The notes under the pieces were generated by a model. It saw nothing but the letters and a program-made list of their open reading frames with translations, did not search any database and was not told the origin of the DNA. Made by a program: the position numbers and the translations under genes. Positions 17,714-27,388 of a DNA stretch of 64,000 nucleotides are shown here, piece after piece. Location of the stretch: contig JAQVTI010000002.1 of assembly GCA_028700115.1 (NCBI GenBank), positions 418-64,417 of the forward strand, in the 5' to 3' direction. The first letter of the stretch is position 1, and each line of letters begins with the position of its first letter. The stretch comes from Candidatus Iainarchaeum sp. GTDB lineage: Archaea > Iainarchaeota > Iainarchaeia > Iainarchaeales > CSSED10-239.

Positions 17714-18163
17714 ATGAAATTAAATAAAATTAAAGAAACTGCTGGTAAGATTCTAAAAAAAGGAAAACATAAGTTAGTTATCAATTTAGAAAAATTTGAA
17801 GAAAATAAAAAACAAGTTACTGATGCAATTACAAGAAGTGATGTTAAAGATATTATTTCAAAAGGAATTATAGATATTAAAAAAAATACAGGACAATCAA
17901 GAGGAAGAGCAAGAGATCTTTTAGAAAAAAAGAAACTTAAAAGGAAAAAAGGTCCTGGAAAAAAAAAGGGTACTTTGAAAGCAAGACAAAAAGATAATGT
18001 TTATAATTTGAAAGTTAGAGGTCTTAGAAAAAGATTAAAAGAGTTAAAAAAAGAAGATAAATTAAATGATAAAAATTATAAAAAATTATATTTAATGATT
18101 AAAGGTAATTATTTTAGAGGAAAAAAACATTTAGAAGAATATATTAATGGTGAAAATAAATGA
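17714..18163 (+). CDS. rpl19e: 50S ribosomal protein L19e
   Basis: Operon position. Pattern SRGRAR ... KGPGKKKGT. Confidence 0.9.
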   Translation: MKLNKIKETAGKILKKGKHKLVINLEKFEENKKQVTDAITRSDVKDIISKGIIDIKKNTGQSRGRARDLLEKKKLKRKKGPGKKKGTLKARQKDNVYNLKVRGLRKRLKELKKEDKLNDKNYKKLYLMIKGNYFRGKKHLEEYINGENK

Positions 18164-18669
18164 AAAGCGGTCCTACTTATAAAGTTTCTTTTAAAAGAAA
18201 AAGAGAACAAAAAACTGATTATAAAAAGAGACTTGCATTTTTAAAGTCTGGGGAATATAGATTTATTACTAGAATTTCTAATAATCTTGTAAGATGTCAA
18301 GTTATTTCTTATGAAGTTAATGGAGATAAAACAATTGTTTCTATTACATCTAATGATTTAAAAAAGTTAGGATGGAATTATAGTTTAAAAAGTACTCCTG
18401 CAATATATCTTACTGCATTATTACTTGCAAAAAAATTAAAAGAAAAAAATATTACAAAAGTTATTTTTGATACTGGTCTTAGAAATTATAAATCTAAGTC
18501 TAAAATATATGCTGCATTAAAAGCAATTGTAGATTTTGGTATAATTTGTCCTCATGATCCAAAGGCTTTTCCAAATGATGATAGAATAAATGGTTTGCAT
18601 ATAGATAATTTTTTAAAAAATAATATTTCTAAAAAGTTTGAAGAAATTAAAAATAGTTTATTAAAATAA
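18160..18669 (+). CDS. rpl18: 50S ribosomal protein L18
   Basis: FKRKREQKTDYKKRL motif. Confidence 0.9.
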   Translation: MKSGPTYKVSFKRKREQKTDYKKRLAFLKSGEYRFITRISNNLVRCQVISYEVNGDKTIVSITSNDLKKLGWNYSLKSTPAIYLTALLLAKKLKEKNITKVIFDTGLRNYKSKSKIYAALKAIVDFGIICPHDPKAFPNDDRINGLHIDNFLKNNISKKFEEIKNSLLK

Positions 18670-18685
18670 AATTAATGTGAAAATT

Positions 18686-19375
18686 ATGCCTGTTGAAAGA
18701 AAAGATTCAAAAATAAAAAGAAGAAGTCCAAAAGAAAGATCTTTAAATCCAGAATTTGATAGAGATTCTTGGGTTCCAAAAACAAATCTTGGTAGAAAAG
18801 TGAAATCTGGAGAAATTAGTTCTTTAGATGAAGCTTTTAAGTTTGGGGTTATTATGGAACCACAAATTGTTGATTTTTTAATTCCTGATATTAAAATAAA
18901 AGTAATTGATGTTAAAAAAACAACTAGAGTTACTAGAGCTGGGAGACATTTTTCTTTTAGAGTTTCTGCAATTGTAGGAGATGGAAATGGGCATGTAGGT
19001 ATTGGTACTGGTAAAAATTTAGAAAGATTTACAGCACAAGAAAAAGCAATTCAAAATGCAAAATTAAAAATGGTTTCTGTTAAAAGTGGTTCAGGTAGTT
19101 GGGAAAGTAATACTTTTGATGATAATTCTATTCCTTTTAGAACTGTTGGGAAATGTTCTTCTTTAAGAGTTGAACTTTTACCAGCCCCAAAAGGAGTTGG
19201 TCTTGCAGTAAGTGATACTATTAAACCTGTTTTTGAACTTGTAGGAATTTCTAATATTTGGTCAAAAACAAGAGGTGCAACAGATACAAAGTTAAATTTT
19301 GTAAAAGCTGCAATTGATGCTTTATCAAATTTAAATAAAATAAAAAGTTTAAATAAAAAAGAAGATGTTGAATAA
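18686..19375 (+). CDS. rps5: 30S ribosomal protein S5
   Basis: VGDGNGHVGIGTGK motif. Confidence 0.95.
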   Translation: MPVERKDSKIKRRSPKERSLNPEFDRDSWVPKTNLGRKVKSGEISSLDEAFKFGVIMEPQIVDFLIPDIKIKVIDVKKTTRVTRAGRHFSFRVSAIVGDGNGHVGIGTGKNLERFTAQEKAIQNAKLKMVSVKSGSGSWESNTFDDNSIPFRTVGKCSSLRVELLPAPKGVGLAVSDTIKPVFELVGISNIWSKTRGATDTKLNFVKAAIDALSNLNKIKSLNKKEDVE

Positions 19376-19399
19376 ATTTATTTTTAAATGTGAATTGAT

Positions 19400-19855
19400 A
19401 TGTTTGTAATACTTAGAGTTAGAGGAAAAATTGGGGTTAGAGAAAACATAGAACGATCTATGGAGTTATTAAATCTAACTAGAGTTAATCATTGTGTTTT
19501 ATATAATGATAATCCTAAAATTAAAGGAATGCTTAAAAAAGCAAAAGATTATATTACTTGGGGAGAAATTTCAAAGGATGTTTTAATTAAACTTTTAAAA
19601 AAAAGAGGGAAAGTTTATACAAAAGAAGGGAAATTAATTAAAATTTCTGAGCAAGAAAAAGATTTTGAAAAACTTGCAGAAGATATTCTTTCTTCTAAGA
19701 AAAATATTAAAGAGTTAAATATTAAACCAGTTTTTAGATTAAAACCTCCTTCTAAAGGTTATGATAAAAAAGGTATTAAAAAAACTTTTAAAGAAGGCGG
19801 AGTTTTAGGATATAGAGGAGAAAATATTAATTCTCTTTTAAGAAGAATGATTTAG
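19400..19855 (+). CDS. rpl30: 50S ribosomal protein L30
   Basis: Operon position. ILRVRGKIGV at the N-terminus. Confidence 0.9.
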   Translation: MFVILRVRGKIGVRENIERSMELLNLTRVNHCVLYNDNPKIKGMLKKAKDYITWGEISKDVLIKLLKKRGKVYTKEGKLIKISEQEKDFEKLAEDILSSKKNIKELNIKPVFRLKPPSKGYDKKGIKKTFKEGGVLGYRGENINSLLRRMI

Positions 19856-19868
19856 AAAGGTAATTTTT

Positions 19869-20237
19869 ATGAGTAAATCAAAAACAGATAGATTAAGAGG
19901 AAAAAGAACTTTTGGGAAAGGAAATACAAAAAATAATAGAGGAGGCGGTTCTACTGGTGGTAGAGGTAGAGGTGGTTCTTTTAAACATAAGTTTGGTAAA
20001 TTTTCTTCAACAATAGGAATTAAAGTAACTCTAAAACCTAAAAATAAATTAAAAACTATAACTTTAAAAGATTTAAGTTTATTAATAAAAGATTCTAAAG
20101 AAATTAATTTAAAAAATTTAGGATACGATAAAGTTTTAGGAACTGGGAATATTAATAAATCAGTTGTTATTAAGAATGCTAAATTTACAGAAACAGCAAA
20201 AGCAAAGATTGAAGCAGCTGGAGGGAAGTTTGAATGA
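19869..20237 (+). CDS. rpl15: 50S ribosomal protein L15
   Basis: Gly/Arg-rich N-terminus GGGSTGGRGRGG. Operon position. Confidence 0.9.
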   Translation: MSKSKTDRLRGKRTFGKGNTKNNRGGGSTGGRGRGGSFKHKFGKFSSTIGIKVTLKPKNKLKTITLKDLSLLIKDSKEINLKNLGYDKVLGTGNINKSVVIKNAKFTETAKAKIEAAGGKFE

Positions 20238-21568
20238 GTTTCATTAATTTGATGCAAAAAATTTTGCCATCTGTAAAAGATCCAATAAAAGTACCAAATC
20301 TTAAAAAAAAATTAATTTGGACTGGTTTGGTTTTAGCTGTATTTTTTATATTAGGTAATATAGAAATTATAGGTGTTGCCCCAGAAGCACTTTTACAACT
20401 AGAATATCTTCAATTAGTTATGGCTAGTCAATTAGGAACTCTTATTACTTTGGGAATTGGGCCCATAGTTTTAGCATCCATTATTTTACAATTATTAGTT
20501 GGGGTTAAAATTTTTAATTTAGATTTTTCAAATCCCCAAGATAGAGCTAAATTTGGAATTTGGCAAAAAGTTTTAGCAATAATTTTAGCTTTTGTAGAAG
20601 CAATTGTTTCTGTAAAAGTAGGTATGCTTGTTCCTCTTCCAGGAATGACAATGCTTGTTATTTTACAAGCTGCATTAGGTACAATAGTTTTATTGTATTT
20701 AGATGAAGTAGTTTCAAAATATGGAATTGGTTCAGGAATAGGTCTTTTCATTGCTGCAGGAGTTTCCCAAACAATTCTTTGGAGAATTTTTATGTTTCCT
20801 GCAATTGCAAATGGTCAGGTAGGGTTAATAGGGATTGCAATTAATGCTATTAAAACAGGTGCATTAACTACTCTTTTATTAAGTGTTATTATTCCTATTT
20901 TAGTAACTTTAGTTGTATTTTTTGTAATTGTTTATGTTGAAGGAATGCATGTTAATATTCCATTAACTGTTGGACGTAGTGGTATGGGTGCAAAATATCC
21001 TGTTAAACTTTTATATGTTTCAAATATGCCAGTTATTTTAGCATCTACTCTTTTTGCAAATGTACAGTTATTTGTAAATCTTGCAAAAGATACTGCTCTT
21101 GAAAATTTAGTTTTTAAAATATCTGAGTTTTTAACCCCACAATATGATTTAATTTCCAAAACAATTTTAGGAAGTGTTACAGGTAATGCTTGGCTTCAAG
21201 CTTTTGGATATATGATTGTTTTTGTTTTAGTTTGTGTTATTTTTGGAAAATTTTGGGTTCAAGTTGGGGGGCAAAATTCAGAATCTGTTGCAAAACAATT
21301 ACAATCTTCTGGGATGTCAATTCCTGGTTTTAGAAGAGATCAAAGAGTTTTAACAACAGTTTTAAAAAGATATATCCCAACAATTACAATTTTAGGTTCC
21401 ATTTTTGTTGGTCTTTTAGCATTTTTTTCAGATCTTACTGGTGCAATTGGTTCAGGAATTGGAATTTTATTAACTGTCGGAATTATTTATAGATTTTATG
21501 AACAAATGGCAAAAGATCAAATGTTTGAATCTAGTGCTCTTGTAAAACAATTAATGGGTAAAAAATAG
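20234..21568 (+). CDS. secY: preprotein translocase subunit SecY
   Basis: Ten-TM profile. Conserved position after L15. Confidence 0.95.
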   Translation: MSFINLMQKILPSVKDPIKVPNLKKKLIWTGLVLAVFFILGNIEIIGVAPEALLQLEYLQLVMASQLGTLITLGIGPIVLASIILQLLVGVKIFNLDFSNPQDRAKFGIWQKVLAIILAFVEAIVSVKVGMLVPLPGMTMLVILQAALGTIVLLYLDEVVSKYGIGSGIGLFIAAGVSQTILWRIFMFPAIANGQVGLIGIAINAIKTGALTTLLLSVIIPILVTLVVFFVIVYVEGMHVNIPLTVGRSGMGAKYPVKLLYVSNMPVILASTLFANVQLFVNLAKDTALENLVFKISEFLTPQYDLISKTILGSVTGNAWLQAFGYMIVFVLVCVIFGKFWVQVGGQNSESVAKQLQSSGMSIPGFRRDQRVLTTVLKRYIPTITILGSIFVGLLAFFSDLTGAIGSGIGILLTVGIIYRFYEQMAKDQMFESSALVKQLMGKK

Positions 21569-21658
21569 TTTTTGTTTTTAATTATTGTGTTTTTAATTTT
21601 TTTAAAAATTAAAAATTGGTTATTAAAAAATATTAAAATTTAAAAAAGGTAAGAATTA

Positions 21659-22111
21659 ATGTTTGAAGTTCCTGTTATAAGTTATTGGGTTGATTTAATA
21701 ATTATTGTTTTATTTTATGCTTTTGCATATAAATTTATTCAACATTTAACTGTAAATCCAAAAGAATATTTTAAATTTAAATATGAAAGTAAAAAAATAA
21801 ATGAAGAATTAAAAAAATTATCTAAAGAACAAAAATTAGATGAAATGAAAGCAAAACAAAAAGAATCTTTTAAGATGGTTGGAAAACAATTTAAAATGAC
21901 TCAAAAATCTATGTTTGTTATGATGATTGTTGCTCTGCCTATTCTTTGGGTTATTAAAGAATATTATGGGAAAATAGTTTATGATTTTATAATTTTTTCA
22001 GTAAATGGTTTGTGGGCTTATATTATTTTAGGTGTTATTGTATCTATGATAATTAATAATATTTATGATAAAAAATTAGGTAAAAAATATTATGCAGAAT
22101 TTGAAAAATAG
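21659..22111 (+). CDS. DUF106 / EMC3-YidC-like membrane insertase homologue
   Basis: TM, then a Lys/Glu coiled coil, then TMs, as in MJ0480-type proteins. Conserved neighbourhood downstream of secY. Confidence 0.55.
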   Translation: MFEVPVISYWVDLIIIVLFYAFAYKFIQHLTVNPKEYFKFKYESKKINEELKKLSKEQKLDEMKAKQKESFKMVGKQFKMTQKSMFVMMIVALPILWVIKEYYGKIVYDFIIFSVNGLWAYIILGVIVSMIINNIYDKKLGKKYYAEFEK

Positions 22112-22168
22112 TTTTTAAAAATAGTATATAAAAAAGGATTGTTATATAATATTTAAAAGGTGAAATAT

Positions 22169-22510
22169 ATGCCAAGTGCAAGTATAAGAAATAGAAAATT
22201 AAAAACAGTAAGAACACCAAGTGGTAAGTCAAAAATAATTATTAAAAAGAAAAAAACAAATAAGCATATTTGTGCAATATCTAAAAAACCATTATCAGGT
22301 ATGCCACATGGAAAAAGAGTTTTTGAAGTTTTAAGAATGTCAAAAACACAAAGAAGACCAGAAAATCCATTATCTTCTATGCTTTCTTCAAAAGTTAGAG
22401 ATGATGTTTATCTTCAAGCGGTAATGCTTAAATATAATTTAATTACAAAAGATGATGTAGATTATAGATATAAAAAATATATTGATATGATTTATAATAA
22501 AATTGAATAA
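22169..22510 (+). CDS. rpl34e: 50S ribosomal protein L34e
   Basis: RNRKLKTVRTPSGK ... CAISKKPLSG pattern. Confidence 0.85.
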   Translation: MPSASIRNRKLKTVRTPSGKSKIIIKKKKTNKHICAISKKPLSGMPHGKRVFEVLRMSKTQRRPENPLSSMLSSKVRDDVYLQAVMLKYNLITKDDVDYRYKKYIDMIYNKIE

Positions 22511-22521
22511 GTGTGGTATTT

Positions 22522-22677
22522 ATGGGAATTTTAAAACCTGGAAAAGAATGTATTTTAATTAAAGGAAATGATTTTGGTAAAAAAATTAAAATAGAAAAAA
22601 TAGAAAATAATTTTGTTTATTTTAAAGAAAAAGATAAAGAAAAAAAGGTAGGTATTTATCATATCTTTCCTTTATAA
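22522..22677 (+). CDS. rpl14e: short KOW-type protein, probably 50S ribosomal protein L14e (51 aa, absent from the ORF track)
   Basis: ATG at 22522 after a GTGTGG SD. The translation is MGILKPGKECILIKGNDFGKKIKIEKIENNFVYFKEKDKEKKVGIYHIFPL. It occupies the conserved position after L34e. Confidence 0.45.
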   Translation: MGILKPGKECILIKGNDFGKKIKIEKIENNFVYFKEKDKEKKVGIYHIFPL

Positions 22678-22697
22678 TTTGAAAATGTGTGTTTATT

Positions 22698-23324
22698 ATG
22701 GCTAAAGCAAAGGCAAAAGGAAAAGTAAATAATTCTAAATCAAAAAGTGGAAATAAAAAACCACAAAAAAATACAAGAAAGAAAGAAAGTTCTATTGTTA
22801 AAGTTACAAAAACTGAAAGAGTTTTTAAACAAAAAACAAGAAATATTCCTTCTCATTTAGATTTAAGTAAAGAAAAAGATGATTTTAAGCATGTTGTAAG
22901 AATTTCAAATAGGGATATCCCAGGATATATGTCTATTGGAAATGGGCTTGAATTAATTTATGGAATTAGTAATAGATTAGGGAAAGCAATAGAAGTTATT
23001 TTTTATAAAAAAACAAATCAAGAAAGTTTAAAAATAGGTTATTTAAAAGAAAATGATATTGAAGTTTTAAATGATATTATTTTAAATTTAGATAAAGAAG
23101 TTCCATCTTGGCTTTTAAATAGAGCAAAAACAATTGATGGAGATGGAAAAAAACATTTAATAATGGCTGATTTGAAATTAGAACTTAGAAAAAATCTTCA
23201 AAGACTTGGAAAAATTAAAAGTTATAGAGGTCTTAGATTACAATGGGGTCTTCCTGTTAGAGGTCAAAAAACAAAATCTACTTTTAGAAATGGTGGAGTT
23301 GTAGGAGTTTCTAAGAAAAAATAG
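22698..23324 (+). CDS. rps13: 30S ribosomal protein S13 with a ~60-aa Lys-rich N-terminal extension
   Basis: The core runs from FKHVVRISNRDIPG to KSYRGLRLQWGLPVRGQKTK. Confidence 0.9.
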   Translation: MAKAKAKGKVNNSKSKSGNKKPQKNTRKKESSIVKVTKTERVFKQKTRNIPSHLDLSKEKDDFKHVVRISNRDIPGYMSIGNGLELIYGISNRLGKAIEVIFYKKTNQESLKIGYLKENDIEVLNDIILNLDKEVPSWLLNRAKTIDGDGKKHLIMADLKLELRKNLQRLGKIKSYRGLRLQWGLPVRGQKTKSTFRNGGVVGVSKKK

Positions 23325-23355
23325 TTTTTTTATTTTTTTTTAAATGTGATAAATT

Positions 23356-23943
23356 ATGGGTGAACCAAAAAGATTAAATAGATTATACGATGTTCCTAGA
23401 ATGAAGTGGAATAAACAAAAAATAAAAGCAGATAATAAAATCATTAATGATTATGGTCTTAAAAGAAAAAAAGAAATCTGGAAAGCAGAAACTATGGTTA
23501 GAAACTATAGAAAAAAAGCAAGACTTCTTTTAGCTGGAAGAGTAGATGATTATGCTACTAGAAAAGATGAATTATTAAATAGGCTTATAAGATTAGGTAT
23601 TTTTACTAAAGATCATAAAATTGAAGATGTTTTAAAAATTAGTGCAAATGATGTTTTAGATAGAAGACTTCAAACATTAGTTTTTAGAAAAGGACTTTCA
23701 TTAACACCAACTCAAGCAAGACAATTAATTACACACGGACATATTCTTGTAAATGGAAAAATAAGAAAGACTCCAAGTTCTTTAATTTATAAAGATGATT
23801 CTATATCTTATTCAAATACTAAAATAAAAAATGAAATTGAAAAATCAATTGAAACTAAAGGAAAATCTTTTGTTCCAAAAGAAGATAAATCAAAAGTAGA
23901 TTTAGATTCTAAAAAAGAAGAAACAAAAGAAGTTAAGGAGTGA
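23356..23943 (+). CDS. rps4: 30S ribosomal protein S4
   Basis: RRLQTLVFRKGL and HGHILVNG (S4 domain). Confidence 0.9.
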   Translation: MGEPKRLNRLYDVPRMKWNKQKIKADNKIINDYGLKRKKEIWKAETMVRNYRKKARLLLAGRVDDYATRKDELLNRLIRLGIFTKDHKIEDVLKISANDVLDRRLQTLVFRKGLSLTPTQARQLITHGHILVNGKIRKTPSSLIYKDDSISYSNTKIKNEIEKSIETKGKSFVPKEDKSKVDLDSKKEETKEVKE

Positions 23944-23949
23944 TTCTAG

Positions 23950-24339
23950 ATGGCTGGGAATGATAAGATTGGTTTAATAAATATTTTTGCATCTAGAAAT
24001 AATACTATAATGGTTTTAACAGATGAGACTGGTGCAGAAGTTATTGCAAAATCATCAGGTGGGCAATTAACTAAATCACAACATAAAGAAGGTTCTCCTT
24101 ATGTTGCTATGAAAATGTCTCAAGTTATTGCAGAAAAAGCAAAAGAAAAAGGAATTAAAGAAGTTCATGTTAAAATTAGAGCTCCTGGAGGAAATTTATA
24201 TAATAATCCTGGTCAAGGTGCTGAGCCTTCTATTAAGTCTTTAACAAGACATGGATTAAAGATATTAAGTATAACAAATACAACTCCAATACCTCATGAT
24301 GGTTGTAGAAAGAAAAAATGTTATAGAAGAAAAAAATAA
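23950..24339 (+). CDS. rps11: 30S ribosomal protein S11
   Basis: IFASRNNTI and TPIPHDGCR motifs. Confidence 0.95.
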   Translation: MAGNDKIGLINIFASRNNTIMVLTDETGAEVIAKSSGGQLTKSQHKEGSPYVAMKMSQVIAEKAKEKGIKEVHVKIRAPGGNLYNNPGQGAEPSIKSLTRHGLKILSITNTTPIPHDGCRKKKCYRRKK

Positions 24340-24376
24340 TTTATATAAATATAATTTTTTATCTGTGTGATTAAAT

Positions 24377-25108
24377 ATGACTAAAATAAAATTTTTAGAA
24401 ACTGAGTTTCAAAATAATAAGTTTCTTGTTGAAAATATAGATCCAATAATTTTAAATACATTAAGAAGAATGATAAGTTATCTTCTTCCAATATATGCAG
24501 TTGAAGAAATTGATTTTCATATAAATGATTCTGTTGTGATTGATGAGATGCTTGCTAATAGAATAGGTCTTTGTCCTATTAAAACTCCTTTAATCAATAC
24601 TGGTAAAAAAGTTACTTTATCTTTAGATAAACAAGGTCCATGTACAGTTTATTCAAAGGATTTTATTTCAAATGATCCTGATATTGTAATGGCATATGAT
24701 AATATACCTATTACAAAATTAAATGAAGGTGAAAAAATAAATCTAGATTGTTTTGCAGTTATAGGTTCTGGTAAAGATCATGTAAAATATTCTTCTTCAA
24801 TTGTTTCATATTCTCAACTTTTTGAAGTTGATTCTTCTAGAACATGTGAAGATTGTAAAAATATTTTAGATTTAGTTTCTAAAAATGCATTAAATAATTC
24901 AAAACCATATTTAATAGATTCTAATATGCAAGATTTAGTAGTTTTACAAATTGAAAAATGTGATAAAAACTGTTTAAAAATTAATTCTACTAATAATTAT
25001 ATATTAAATTTAGAATTAATTGGTCAAATAGATATTAAAGATTTAATTAAATTATCAAAAAGATATGTTAAGGAGTATTTTTCTGTTTTAAAGAAAAAAA
25101 TAAAATAA
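24377..25108 (+). CDS. rpoD: DNA-directed RNA polymerase subunit D (Rpo3)
   Basis: Conserved position after S11. NTLRRMI and ANRIGLCPI motifs. Confidence 0.85.
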   Translation: MTKIKFLETEFQNNKFLVENIDPIILNTLRRMISYLLPIYAVEEIDFHINDSVVIDEMLANRIGLCPIKTPLINTGKKVTLSLDKQGPCTVYSKDFISNDPDIVMAYDNIPITKLNEGEKINLDCFAVIGSGKDHVKYSSSIVSYSQLFEVDSSRTCEDCKNILDLVSKNALNNSKPYLIDSNMQDLVVLQIEKCDKNCLKINSTNNYILNLELIGQIDIKDLIKLSKRYVKEYFSVLKKKIK

Positions 25109-25126
25109 ATGTTTTAAATTTTATTT

Positions 25127-25208
25127 GCTGGGGTTCCCGAGTGGTCAAAGGGGCAGGACTTAAGATCCTGTGCTTAGTGCTTCGCAGGTTCGAATCCTGT
25201 CCCCAGCA
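25127..25208 (+). tRNA. tRNA-Leu (anticodon TAA)
   Basis: Acceptor gctgggg/ccccagc, anticodon arm cagga-cttaaga-tcctg, long variable arm, T-loop ggttcgaatcc. Confidence 0.9.
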
Positions 25209-25256
25209 TTTTATTTAAGATGTTTTAAAAATTTTATAAAATTTAGGTGTTTTTAT

Positions 25257-25616
25257 ATGACTATTAAAAAAAGTTTGAAAAATAATGAAAAAGTTGAAAT
25301 GATTGATAAATTATATAAAGCTTATAAGCAAAATAATAAAGATATTTATAAAAGAGTTGCAAAGCTTTTAGAAAAAAGTGTTAGAAAAAATATTTCTGTA
25401 AATTTATCTAAGCTTGAAAAATTAAATGTAGTTAAAGATGGATCTATTGTTGTTGTTCCTGGGAAAATATTAGGTGCTGGGGAAGTTTCAAAAAAAATTA
25501 CAGTTTATGCTTATAAATATTCAGATTCTGTAAAAAATAAAATTCATTCAATAAAATCTTTTGATGATTTTTGTAAGGATAAAATTGACTATAAAAATAC
25601 TTTAATAATTATTTAA
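25257..25616 (+). CDS. rpl18e: 50S ribosomal protein L18e
   Basis: Conserved position before L13. The track start at 25170 overlaps the tRNA-Leu gene. The ATG at 25257 follows an AGGTG SD. Confidence 0.8.
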   Translation: MTIKKSLKNNEKVEMIDKLYKAYKQNNKDIYKRVAKLLEKSVRKNISVNLSKLEKLNVVKDGSIVVVPGKILGAGEVSKKITVYAYKYSDSVKNKIHSIKSFDDFCKDKIDYKNTLIII

Positions 25617-25636
25617 ATTAATAATTGGTGACTAAA

Positions 25637-26053
25637 ATGATATTAATTAATGCAGAAAATAAAATTTATGGAAGACTTGCATCTGATGTTGCAAAAAAAC
25701 TTTTATCTACTGATGATAAAATAGTTGTAGTTAATTCTGGACTTATTATTGTTTCTGGAGATGGGACTTTACTTTTAAAAAAAATCAGTGATAAAAGAGA
25801 AAGAGGGGGAAAAGGAAATCCACTTCATAATCCAAAACAACCAAGATATCCAGATTTGTTATTTAAAAGATCTGTAAGAGGTATGCTCCCAAGAAGTCCA
25901 AAAGGTCTAAATGCTTTAAAAAGATTAACAGTTTATATAGATGTTCCTGAAGAATTTTCAAAAAATTTAGAAAAAGCAGTAGATAAAAAAAATATAGAAC
26001 ATACAACATTAAATGCTCTTTGTAAAAAATTAGGGGCTAAATTAAAATTATAA
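25637..26053 (+). CDS. rpl13: 50S ribosomal protein L13
   Basis: GRLASDVAKKLL and RGMLP motifs. Confidence 0.9.
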   Translation: MILINAENKIYGRLASDVAKKLLSTDDKIVVVNSGLIIVSGDGTLLLKKISDKRERGGKGNPLHNPKQPRYPDLLFKRSVRGMLPRSPKGLNALKRLTVYIDVPEEFSKNLEKAVDKKNIEHTTLNALCKKLGAKLKL

Positions 26054-26067
26054 AAATAGGTTATATT

Positions 26068-26472
26068 ATGGTAAAAATATATAATGTTAAAGCGAATAGA
26101 AAAAAGGCAAAGGCAAGAGCTGTAATTAAGTCTGGAAAAGGGAATATTAGAATTAATAATACTTCTGTAGATTCTTTTTATACAGGTTATAAACAATCTC
26201 TAGTTTTAGAACCCACTCATATTGCTCCAGAAGAATTTTCAAAATTTGATTTTTTAATAAATGTATCTGGAGGGGGAGTTTCTGGGCAAGTACAAGCTGT
26301 TAGAAGTTGTATTGCAAAAGGAATTGTTCTTGCAAATGGTAGTAAAAAAACATTAAAAGATAAATTTTTAATATATGATAGATATTTATTAATTGATGAT
26401 GTTAGAAATAAAGAACCTAAAAAACAATTAGGAAGAGGAGCTAGAAGTAAAAAGCAAAGCTCTAAAAGGTGA
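26068..26472 (+). CDS. rps9: 30S ribosomal protein S9
   Basis: [12 protein letters not shown] motif and a basic C-terminus. Confidence 0.95.
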   Translation: MVKIYNVKANRKKAKARAVIKSGKGNIRINNTSVDSFYTGYKQSLVLEPTHIAPEEFSKFDFLINVSGGGVSGQVQAVRSCIAKGIVLANGSKKTLKDKFLIYDRYLLIDDVRNKEPKKQLGRGARSKKQSSKR

Positions 26473-26476
26473 TTTT

Positions 26477-26671
26477 ATGATTATTCCTATAAGGTGTTTT
26501 TCTTGTGGTCAAGTTATTGCAAATAAATATGAAGAGTTTATAAAGCTTGTAAATGAAGAAAAATTATCTCCTGAAAAAGCACTTGATAAGCTTGGTATTA
26601 AAAAATATTGTTGTAGAAGAATGTTATTATCTCATGTTGAAACCATTGATGAGATAATGATGTATAATTAA
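26477..26671 (+). CDS. rpoN: DNA-directed RNA polymerase subunit N (Rpo10)
   Basis: [14 protein letters not shown] ... YCCRRML. Confidence 0.95.
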   Translation: MIIPIRCFSCGQVIANKYEEFIKLVNEEKLSPEKALDKLGIKKYCCRRMLLSHVETIDEIMMYN

Positions 26672-26698
26672 AATGAAAATATATAAAGAGTTGATATA

Positions 26699-27388
26699 AT
26701 GGTTGAAAAAAATGATAGTTCTAAAGGAACTTTAGTAAATATAGATTTATATCTTAAAAATGGTATTCATATAGGTACAAAATATAAAAATGGAGCTATG
26801 AGAAGATTTATCTTTAAATCAAGAAGTGATAAATTAAATGTAATGGATGTTCAAATAATTGATAAAAGAATTGCTATTGCTATAGATTTTTTATCAAAAT
26901 ATGATCCTAAAGATGTTATTTTTGTTTCAAGAAAAAAATATTCTCTTACAGGTATTAAACTTTTAGAAAAAACTTTTGGATATAATTCAAAAGTAGGAAG
27001 ATTTATTCCAGGTACTTTTACAAATCCAGAATCTGAACATTTTGTAGAGCCTAAATTAGTATTTATTGTAGATCCAAATATAGATAGACAGGCAATATTA
27101 GAAGCAAAAAAAATAAGAGCCCCTATTGTTGCTCTTGCTACAACTTCTAGTAATATTAGAAATATAGATTTTATTATTCCATTTAATAACAAAGGTAGAA
27201 AATCTGTTGCACTTTTCTTTTGGTTATTAAATAGAGAATTACAATTAAAAAATGGATTTATTAAAAAACCAGAAGAATTTAGTTATAAAGTTGAAGATTT
27301 TATTTTTGATGATGATAATAAAGATAAAAAAGATAAAAAAGATATTACACCAAGACCAAGATTTAGAAAAAAATTTAATAAAAATTAA
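26699..27388 (+). CDS. rps2: 30S ribosomal protein S2
   Basis: Conserved position. VDPNIDRQAILEAKKIRAPIVAL motif. Lys/Asp-rich C-terminal tail. Confidence 0.9.
   Translation: MVEKNDSSKGTLVNIDLYLKNGIHIGTKYKNGAMRRFIFKSRSDKLNVMDVQIIDKRIAIAIDFLSKYDPKDVIFVSRKKYSLTGIKLLEKTFGYNSKVGRFIPGTFTNPESEHFVEPKLVFIVDPNIDRQAILEAKKIRAPIVALATTSSNIRNIDFIIPFNNKGRKSVALFFWLLNRELQLKNGFIKKPEEFSYKVEDFIFDDDNKDKKDKKDITPRPRFRKKFNKN

Noticed and set aside
25170-25256. N-terminal extension of L18e given by the ORF track (start at 25170).
   Set aside because: It overlaps the 3' half of the tRNA-Leu gene (25127-25208). An SD-led ATG at 25257 gives a normal L18e.
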